DNA of 32,000 nt from Pirellula staleyi DSM 6068 (GTDB lineage Bacteria > Planctomycetota > Planctomycetia > Pirellulales > Pirellulaceae). The stretch covers positions 210,001-242,000 of the forward strand of contig CP001848.1 of assembly GCA_000025185.1 (NCBI GenBank), written 5' to 3'. Below are positions 9,295 to 17,100 of the stretch, in pieces (position 1 is the first letter of the stretch; every line of letters begins with the position of its first letter). The notes beneath the pieces are model-generated. The model searched no databases, had not been told where the DNA came from, and saw only the letters and a list, made by a program, of their open reading frames with translations. The translations under genes and the position numbers were made by a program.

Positions 9295-9792
9295 ATGCAC
9301 CAGCAGACGGGGCTTGAAGCGTCGGCTTTGGCTTTCCTTTTCCTTCGAGAACCCGAGTCCTTCCTAAACCAGGGAAACTTCGCCGTGAACCACGTCACCC
9401 ACTTTTGCCCACCTCAGGCGCTCGACTGTCTGTTTTGTCGCGAGGCCGGGGCATCCGGCGCGAAGTCCTTGCTCGCGGAAAAAACCACGCGAGATAGTGG
9501 CGCGCGAGCCCCTGGCCTTGCGTGCCCATCGTGCGGCCTTACGCAGGACGAGATCGAATCGATCACCGCGCGCTTTCGGGCCTGCGCCAGCGAAGTGCTC
9601 GAGACCGAAATCCCCAAGCTATCGATGCACACCACGCTCAATGAGCTCGGCGCCGATTCGCTCGCCACCATCGAACTACTGGTGAGAATCGAACAGCAGT
9701 TTGGTGTGACGATCAACGAGCGCACGGCTGAAGACTTCGCCACCGTGGGAGATGTGGTGGCGTTCCTCGCGCGGCAGTCGCGGCGACGATAA
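9295..9792 (+). CDS. Acyl carrier protein domain with an N-terminal Cys-rich (CxxC...CxxC) extension
   Basis: The C-terminal 75 aa align by eye with ACP: IESITARFRACASEVL...LNELGADSLATIELLVRIEQQFGVTINERTAEDFATVGDVVAFL, compared with E. coli AcpP ...[22 protein letters not shown]...IPDEEAEKITTVQAAIDYI. The phosphopantetheine Ser lies in GADSL. The upstream segment reads HFCPPQALDCLFC-x29-CPSC. The start is uncertain: track start 9199, ATG 9295, or an in-frame GTG near 9385. Confidence 0.7.
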   Translation: MHQQTGLEASALAFLFLREPESFLNQGNFAVNHVTHFCPPQALDCLFCREAGASGAKSLLAEKTTRDSGARAPGLACPSCGLTQDEIESITARFRACASEVLETEIPKLSMHTTLNELGADSLATIELLVRIEQQFGVTINERTAEDFATVGDVVAFLARQSRRR

Positions 9793-9915
9793 GCAGGCGG
9801 CACGAGATTTCAGCCTGTCGGGCAATTCGCTACTCGTCCCCAGGTGTTCCCGCGTGGTACGATGAAGACTTATCCCTCCGTGCGATTCTTCTCGCCTTTG
9901 AGCTGAGTTTTCGAC

Positions 9916-11073
9916 ATGACCACCGCGACTACCCCCATCGATCAACTGTCGGCTGAATTCGCGCAAGGAGGCCCCACGGCGACACTCGCGAAGGCGGCGG
10001 AAATCCTGAAACAGCAGCGTAAATATCACGAGCTGTTTGAAGTTCTTAAGATGCAATTGCGGCATCGGCTCTCCCTTCCAATCACCGGTGGCGAAGTGGC
10101 CGACGATCTCAGCGAAGCAACGCGCAATGCGCTCGAGGAAGGACTCGTCGACGCTTGTCGTCAGGTCGGAACGCTACTGCTCGAGCAAGGAAGTGTCCGC
10201 GAAGGCTGGATGTACCTGCGACCTGTCGGGGACAAAAAATTAGCCCAGTCGCTGCTCGAAAAAATTGAAGCCGACGAAGAGAACAGCGAAGACCTGATTG
10301 AAGTTTGCCTGCACGAGGGGATCGATCTTGGTCGTGGATTCGAGCTTGTACTCGACAGCTACGGCACTTGCTCGGCGATCACCACCTACGATCAGTCGGT
10401 GGCACGACGTCCAGCAGAAGAACAAGTTCCGGCCGCTCGCAAGTTGCTCGAGCGTGTGCACCGCGATTTGGTGGCGAGTGTGAAAACCGACATCGCCCGC
10501 CAAGAGGGTGCTCAGCCGAAAGAGTCGACACTCGCCGGACTGCTCGCCGATCGCGACTGGCTGATGCAGGAAGGGACTTATCACCTCGACACGACGCACC
10601 TGGCCTCAACGGTGCGAATCGCGCGGGTCTTTAACGACCGGGCCGATGTAGAGAAAGCACTCGACCTAACGGCTTACGGTTTGCGACTGGCCGAGCAATT
10701 TCAATATCAAGGGGACGAGCCTTTCCCTGCGACCTATCCCCATCACAAGCTGTTCTTTAGCGCGCTCTTGGGCCGTGATATCGACGCCGCTTTGCAACAT
10801 TTTCGCGAGAAAGCGGAACTGCTCGACGTGCAGTACAACGGCACGGTGGCAATTGATGTTTATGTCGATCTGCTGCGTCGCCTCGGGCGACCTGGCGAAG
10901 CGCTTCGAGAGGCGATTCGGATGAGCCCCGCTGCTGGTCAGCCGGCAGGGCTTTCTCTCTCGCTGCTGCAACTCGCCAGCGAGGCGGGGGACTTCGAAAG
11001 CCTGATGCACTACTGCCGCGAGCGGGGCGATCTGCTCGGCTACACTGCCGCCCTCGTCCGCAGCGCGAAATAG
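9916..11073 (+). CDS. Hypothetical protein, probably all-alpha / TPR-like
   Basis: 385-aa ORF with an ATG start, genome-typical GC3-rich codons and no low complexity. I recognise no family motif. Confidence 0.7.
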   Translation: MTTATTPIDQLSAEFAQGGPTATLAKAAEILKQQRKYHELFEVLKMQLRHRLSLPITGGEVADDLSEATRNALEEGLVDACRQVGTLLLEQGSVREGWMYLRPVGDKKLAQSLLEKIEADEENSEDLIEVCLHEGIDLGRGFELVLDSYGTCSAITTYDQSVARRPAEEQVPAARKLLERVHRDLVASVKTDIARQEGAQPKESTLAGLLADRDWLMQEGTYHLDTTHLASTVRIARVFNDRADVEKALDLTAYGLRLAEQFQYQGDEPFPATYPHHKLFFSALLGRDIDAALQHFREKAELLDVQYNGTVAIDVYVDLLRRLGRPGEALREAIRMSPAAGQPAGLSLSLLQLASEAGDFESLMHYCRERGDLLGYTAALVRSAK

Positions 11074-11075
11074 CG

Positions 11076-11109
11076 GCGGGAGCTAGAGGCTAGAGGCTAG
11101 AGGCGGGAG
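11076..11109. repeat. Heptamer tandem repeat GCGGGAG-(CTAGAGG)x3-CGGGAG that fills the short intergenic gap
   Basis: Read directly: gcgggag ctagagg ctagagg ctagagg cgggaga. The last unit (GGGAGA) sits 6 nt upstream of ATG 11117 and can also serve as its Shine-Dalgarno sequence. Confidence 0.8.
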
Positions 11110-11116
11110 AAATGCC

Positions 11117-11680
11117 ATGTGGCCGTGGCTGACTGTCGACCAGCGAATCTTGCGAACCGCCAAGCAGTTTGCCAAAGAGGATCGGCGTCTTAGGCCATTT
11201 TCGCTCGCATCGACGCTAGAGAACTACAAAAAGCTATTCGGCGAGCATGTTGACGATTGCGCTGGGCATCTGGGGTGGCTCAATTGCGACGGTCCAACAC
11301 TCGAAAAATTGATCGACAGGAGTTTTCCAGCTTCTCAGCCCTTCTATGGAATTGAGATCGAGCGTCGTCGGGGTACGGAAATCTGGGCATTTGTGAACGA
11401 TGATGGCCCAGGAGGTTGTTATAAGTTTGACCCTCAGGGTCATCTCTCGAACGACTTCGTAAAAACCTGGCTGGATCTCAAAGAGCAGACCGGTTCGATT
11501 TCCGACGACATGCTAACTCCTCAAAAATTTGTCCTATCAGAGGATTGCGAGTTTACCCAATACGTCGATCGTCACGGCCATGCGCATCCCCTCGAATCTG
11601 CTCGCAAAGAACGCAAATGGGGCAACAATCCCTTTGCGTTGTTTCACATCGAGCTCCCCCGCAGGTGTTTTTCCCGCTGA
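11117..11680 (+). CDS. Hypothetical protein in a lower-GC segment
   Basis: 187-aa ORF with ATG preceded by GGGAGA. Composition is visibly more AT-rich than the neighbours. No motif recognised. Confidence 0.55.
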   Translation: MWPWLTVDQRILRTAKQFAKEDRRLRPFSLASTLENYKKLFGEHVDDCAGHLGWLNCDGPTLEKLIDRSFPASQPFYGIEIERRRGTEIWAFVNDDGPGGCYKFDPQGHLSNDFVKTWLDLKEQTGSISDDMLTPQKFVLSEDCEFTQYVDRHGHAHPLESARKERKWGNNPFALFHIELPRRCFSR

Positions 11681-11867
11681 CGATCTAGTCGCAATTGCAG
11701 GTAAACGCCCCGACCTGAGCGACGACGAGCAGATAAAGAATTTGAAGTTCAATAGCTGGTGGCCAAGCGGACTGATTGCCACATCGCAAGTGGATGAGAT
11801 GATCGCGATCACACGCCGAATGTTTGGCAAACTCGAAGTGATCAAGCGTTCGATAGTTGCGGAGTGA
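11667..11867 (+). CDS. Possible +1-frame continuation of the preceding ORF (frameshift/pseudogene) or a small overlapping ORF
   Basis: After the TGA at 11678-11680, the +1 frame stays open for 62 more protein-like codons (DDLVAIAGKRPDLSDDEQIKNLKFNSWWPSGLIATSQVDEMIAITRRMFGKLEVIKRSIVAE). The frames overlap at a C5 run (11656-11660) and a T5 run (11668-11672). An in-frame GTG at 11667 is a possible independent start. Confidence 0.3.
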   Translation, partial: VFPADDLVAIAGKRPDLSDDEQIKNLKFNSWWPSGLIATSQVDEMIAITRRMFGKLEVIKRSIVAE

Positions 11868-12040
11868 GAATCGCAAAGTTTCTTCGTTTTCAGTGGACGT
11901 CGTCATTCGAATTGTACGGTTGATTTTTGACCGGCAGCGAGAGTTTCCGATGCCAAAGGCACGTACTCCACGCTAGTCCCTAATCTCTAGAACCTAGCCC
12001 CTTCGCTGTTTCTTCTCGCCTCTCGCCTAGCCCCAAGAAA

Positions 12041-12078
12041 TGACAAAACCGCCTGCTCGAAGTGAATCGAGCAGGCGG
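12041..12078 (-). terminator. Rho-independent terminator of the Cys-rich lipoprotein gene
   Basis: Perfect 12-bp stem ccgcctgctcga (12049-12060) / tcgagcaggcgg (12067-12078) with the 6-nt loop agtgaa. On the minus strand the hairpin is followed by TTTTGTCATTT. It lies 36 nt downstream of the stop codon at 12114. Confidence 0.65.
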
Positions 12079-12113
12079 TCTGTTGTCGTCGTAATCTCTA
12101 AACCAACTCTAGC

Positions 12114-13082
12114 TTAGCGAACCAAGCTGGTGCTGGCGTGAACGACCCGACGCTGAGTCGGAATGAAAGCCGAAGGATCAACCACTGGGGCTGGTGGCAT
12201 TGGAGCCACATCGCCACCGTGGATGGCCGTTGGGGCAGTCTGCATTGGGACAGGTGCATCGCAGCCACAAGCTGGGGCAGCAGCAGCACAGGTCGGAGCA
12301 GCAGCACCGCAGCTAGGAGCGGCAGCACCGCAACCAGGAGCAGCAGCCGAGCAGCTGTTGCAGCTATTGCAACCCGACTTGCAACCACCGAACAAGCAAC
12401 CACCCTTGCACTTCTTCTGGCAGCAGAAGATGCGGTCGAGGAGGCAAGGCTTGCAGCAGCTGTTGCAAGACGATCCGCAAGGCGAACCGCAGCTAGGAGC
12501 AGCAGCACAGCTTGGGCCGGCAGCGGCACAAGTTGGAGCAGCAGCGCCACAGCTTGGAGCAGCAGCTCCGCACGATGGGGCAGCAGCACCGCAGCTGGTC
12601 GAGCATGGGTCGCAAGCTGGCTTGCAGCACTTGTGGCGACCGAAGAGAGCTGGCTTGCAGCACTTCGAACCACAGGCCGAACCACAAGGCGAGCCGCAGC
12701 TAGGAGCAGCAGCACAGGTTGGGCCAGCAGCAGCACACGTTGGTGCAGCAGCGGCACAAGTTGGAGCAGCGGCTGCACAGGTAGGAGCAGCAGCGGCACA
12801 GGTTGGGGCAGCGGCTGCACACGTAGGAGCAGCAGCGCCACAGGATGGGGCGGCAGCACCGCAGCTTGGAGCTGCAGCTGCACAGCTGTCGCAACCGCCA
12901 CAGGCGGGTTTGCAGCAGCGGGTTTTCTTGCACTTTGGTTTGCAGCAGCTGGTTTCGCAGCAGCTGGTTTCGCAGCCGCAGCCGCTAGCACCAAGCATAC
13001 GATCCAGGAGTTCGAAACCAAAGCTCTGGCTACAGGCCGCAAGGCCAAGAACCAACGATCCAACAAAAATGTTCCACTTCAT
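12114..13082 (-). CDS. Secreted Cys-rich repeat protein, predicted lipoprotein (about 53 Cys; C-x6-C heptads plus CCKP-type motifs)
   Basis: ATG at 13082 is preceded by AGGAGA 8 nt upstream. The N-terminus MKWNIFVGSLVLGLAAC has a K-containing n-region, a hydrophobic core and an LAAC lipobox. The terminator lies just after the stop. The non-repetitive N- and C-termini are in the same frame as the repeats. The track ORF (to 13112) adds 10 unlikely residues. Other frames are also open here, so the frame choice rests on these start/stop signals. Confidence 0.65.
   Translation of the reverse strand: MKWNIFVGSLVLGLAACSQSFGFELLDRMLGASGCGCETSCCETSCCKPKCKKTRCCKPACGGCDSCAAAAPSCGAAAPSCGAAAPTCAAAAPTCAAAAPTCAAAAPTCAAAAPTCAAAGPTCAAAPSCGSPCGSACGSKCCKPALFGRHKCCKPACDPCSTSCGAAAPSCGAAAPSCGAAAPTCAAAGPSCAAAPSCGSPCGSSCNSCCKPCLLDRIFCCQKKCKGGCLFGGCKSGCNSCNSCSAAAPGCGAAAPSCGAAAPTCAAAAPACGCDAPVPMQTAPTAIHGGDVAPMPPAPVVDPSAFIPTQRRVVHASTSLVR
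12267..12884 (-). repeat. Three arrays of 21-bp (heptad-coding) tandem repeats inside the Cys-rich gene: 12696-12884 (8 heptads), 12492-12593 (4), 12267-12353 (4)
   Basis: The peptide units CAAAAPT/CGAAAPS/CAAAGPT are repeated. The DNA units differ mainly at wobble positions (plus strand examples: acaggttgggccagcagcagc, acacgttggtgcagcagcggc, acaagttggagcagcggctgc, acaggtaggagcagcagcggc). Arrays 1 and 2 sit in a larger duplicated module, CCKPAC...heptads...CAAAPSCGSPCGS.C..(K/C)CCKP. Confidence 0.85.
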
Positions 13083-14187
13083 CGAGCGACGTCTCCTAAA
13101 CGATGGAACCATCGAACTGGCGCATTACCCGGTCCGGCCGGATTGCGTGTCTCGTGTCGAACGCGGCGCCAAGATTGGCTTCGCGGTCGGCACAAGCACG
13201 CATGGACTCGGTCACTCCCATCCAATGGGTAGCGACTCGATTTGCGGGGTTTCGCTTGTGAGGTTTGACCCTTCGAGGGTTTTGTCGGGCACCAAAGCCG
13301 GGCGAGTCGTCCCTTGACTCACTAGTGGTGAAAGCCGGTGATCTGGATGCCTTAGAAACCACCGTCTGCAACCGTTAAGCTGCAGTCGGTTGTTCTGCGA
13401 CAATAGCGGTATCGTCGGGCGAAAGCGGATCGCTTGAACGTTCGCAAACAATTTTCCCCAATGAGTTTACGGCGACGATCACAGAGAGATTGCCGCCTCT
13501 GGAAGATAGTCAAACCTTGCCGTTTATAGGGCCACCGGAGGCCCCAAAACCGACCGCAAACTCACCGTCCAGCGTCAAGGTTTACCTAGGCCCAACACCC
13601 CTAATTGGGGTCATCCGGCGAGCCTTTCGCGCCAAAATCTTTTGCCGCCGGGCCACTCGGAGCAGCGAGGGCCGATGCCAGTTTTTCGAGCTAGCAGCCG
13701 CACAGATTTCCCCTACGGAATAACAGGCGCGAGGCGTGCTCTATGGCGCGCGAATTTCCCCACGTATCAGCGCTGCTCGATCTCCGCCGCGAGATTGTCA
13801 CGGGCTTGTGAGTTGCCCAAGTCCCGCCTGATCCCGACCCAGCTCGCGAATCAGCAGCCAGGGGGCGCTTCCCCGCCAAGTTGCCCGAAAATGAACATTT
13901 TTCCGCCCCTGGGCCCCAATACTCGAGGATGTCGAGCGAACGGAGAATAAGCTGAGATAGAACCTTTCAGGAGGCTCCCCCGTCTTTACTAAAAACCACG
14001 GCCCTTTTCAGCTGATTTCTCTTGCCTCGCGACCTCTTGCGCGCGAGAACTTCCGCTGCTAATCCGCTGGGCTCGCACTGACATCCTCCCCGGCAACGCT
14101 CGAAATCGATGGTTCCGTACCCCTGCCTAAAGGCTGACGACGACTTGCTGCTTCCCACTTGATGGCCGACAAGACCCGGTGACAGGT

Positions 14188-17100
14188 ATGCCAATCCCCT
14201 TTCAATGTCCTCAATGTGGTGGCTCGTTCGCAGCCCCCGATGCGCTCGCTGGCAAAAAAGCCCGCTGCCAACGCTGTTCGTCAGTCGTCACCGTGCCGGC
14301 TCAAGCTCCTCCGCCGGTGATGCCACCCAAGCCGAGCGACGATCCTTTCAAGGCGCTCGGCCCTGTTGCCGATCCCCTAGCGCCGCTGGCTCCCGTGGTT
14401 CAAATGCCAGCCAAACCGGCCCCGATGGCGGCCCCCGATCCGCTCCTAAGTCCTTACAATCCAGCCTCTTACCCCGCGTCGCTCGCCAGCGGAAGTGGCT
14501 ACCAGCTCCCTCCTCCCACCACGACGTCGTCAGGAAACTCGGCTGGCATGACGGTCGCCATCGTCGGCGGCGTGCTGCTGCTACTGGTTGTCGGCGGCGC
14601 GGGAGCGATGTGGGCCTTTGGCGGCAGATCAGCACCGCCGGGTCCAAGTGGACTTGCGGGAGGGGGCCCCTCGGGCGGTCCTCCTTCCAATTTCAGCAAC
14701 AACGGCGCACTGTTCCTGCCCGACAACAACGTGGTGGCCAGCAATTCGGGTTCGCCGCCGAGTTCGAACCCCTCGTTTCCTGGACGACCAGGGATGCCGG
14801 GCCCCAGTTTTCCTGCCCCAGGAATACCTGGGCCTAGTTTTTCCGGACCCGGCTTTCCCGGCCCTGGTGCACCTCCAGGTCTAACGCCAACTTCGCCCGG
14901 TTCTTCCACGACACCACCGGCAACACCCAGCTGGTCGGGTGGACTGGCCGAGAATCCTGCGGCGATTCCGACGACACCCAGTGCTCCTGCGCCGACGCTG
15001 CCGACCACCCCCACAGCAGCGCCGGGTGATGTTCCGAACCTCCCTTCAACCGAACCGGTTTCGACAACCAATCCCCCGGCGGAAAATGCGACTCCAGAGT
15101 CGCCACTGGCGATGCAGTGGCAAGCGGAAGCCGATCCGATGCCGCAGCCCGTGGAGTACAAGAAGGGAAAGATCGAAATCACCCTCCCCTCGCAGGTCGA
15201 AATCATTCTGCCGGTGAGTACCAGCCATTTTGTGATGGCAGGTGCCTCGGAAGGGTTGAAAGAACTCCGTCAGGTGTTTGATCTCCGAACCGGTAAAGCG
15301 ATTGGGCAGCCGATCGCTCAGCGTGTCGAGAAGATCGGCGATACGGAGGTCCTTTCACCCGATGGTCGCTACATGGCGCTCGTGCAGGAACAGCGGAGCG
15401 AGAGTATTCGGGTCGGTGTCTACTCCTTTGCCACTGGCGCGATTGCGCGGGAATTCAAGCTCGAAGGGGCCGATGTCACCGGGCCGCTCCGTTTTGGAGC
15501 ATCGCACCATCTCGTGATCCTGTATCGCACCAAGGATCGCGAGCAGCAGGTGCTGGCCCACTACAACATTCAAACGGGGGAGAAGGTTTCCGAGGTTAAG
15601 TTCGACGATAACTTTCGCTCGGAAATGCGGATCATGCCCGAGTCGCTCACCATCAGCCCCGGCGGACGTTTTGCCGCAGTTCTGATGGGAGAAGCGATTG
15701 GGGTGATCGACCTCACGAGCGGCAAGCCAGCTGGCGCTTTGCAGCTGTCGAAAAAGCCTTCCCGCAGCGATGGAATGTCGTTCTCGCCCGACGGCACCAA
15801 ACTCGCCGCCATGATCTCGACCACAGGTTCGCACCAGCTATACGTCTTCGATTTCCAGTCGGGCAAAACGTTGCTCGATCACGATTACGGAGAGCGTCTC
15901 AGTTCGTTTTCCTACAAAGGTCCCGAACTCGACTGGGTCCCCGATGGAAGTGGCCTGGTGTATCAAGGGCACCTGCTTCTGGAGCCGACGACCGGTGGCG
16001 AAGTGTGGGAATTTCCTCACACCGACAACTCGCCCCGACGGATGGTGCGCCCTGGCGAAATCTTGGTGCTGCTCCGAAATCGAGGCACTAAGGTGCTGGG
16101 AACTGCCGACCTGCCCGAGAAGGATATCGCGGCCGCAGTGCGCTCGATTCGCGAAGGTGGCAACGCCATCGATTCGATTTTGCCTCCGCTTTCGACTCCG
16201 GACCTGTTTGCCGCGCGGCAAATGACCCTGCCCGATGGTTTTGTTCAGTGGACACCCACGGTCGATCCCGGCGATCGTCCCCTAACGGGTGCCGACCGCG
16301 ATGTGCTGATTGCTGCTCCCGGTGAAACGCTGCGACGTGCGATTTTTGCATCCCCGAGCTCGAAGAAGGTGGTGATCCAAAAAGAGATCACCCCGCGCGG
16401 GTCGGTGGGACGCCGCGCTGAACGCAAAGCGGTGATCGAACGCTACGATGTCGCCACTGGATCGAAAGGAAACACGCTCGATGTCCCCACGGTCTATCAG
16501 CTAGCCGACGTTAGTCCGAGCGGCAACTTGGCTCTTCTCGCATTCGCGCAGAAGTCGCGCGATTACGATCGACTCGACGTCCTCCAGATCAGCCCCAAAA
16601 AGCACCTGACTGGTTGGCGTCCTTACGCCAACGAAGTGAAAGACGAAAGCAAACCGTACACGCCACCCTCTAGGCTGCATCGTGGTCGCTGGTTTAGTGC
16701 TGATGCGGTGAAGACGGTCGCCTGGTCGAAATTTATCGACGACGAGCATCTGCTGACCGTCAATCCGGCTGGCAAGCTGATCTGCTGGAAACTCCCCGAA
16801 TGCAAGGCACTCTACGTGTTTGCCGATTTCGGAGAGCCACTCGCGATCTCCCCTGCCGGCAAGTATTTTGCTGGTGCGCATCACGGTCAGTTCCGGGTCT
16901 TCGAATCGCACACCGGCAACTGTGTGGGTGATCTCGAAGCACCGGCCATTGGCACCGAGCCTCTTCGTGCTGCATTCCGGGCCGATGGCAAAGAACTTAC
17001 CTCGGTGGTGAGTGGCGGCGCCGACACCATGCTGGTCCGCTGGGATCTCGAGACCGGCAAACGGACGCATGAGTTTCCGGTCCCCTCGCTGGCACTTGCA

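Noticed and set aside
12098-13317. Alternative readings of the repeat region: 322 aa minus (Leu/Ala/Pro-rich), 364 aa plus, and 384 aa plus (GAAAPQLGAAAAQVGAAA...)
   Set aside because: They are open only because of the periodic GCN/CAG composition. They lack a Shine-Dalgarno/start context and a signal peptide. They run through the flanking terminator or promoter sequence, and wobble variation fits the Cys frame better. I cannot fully exclude them without expression data.
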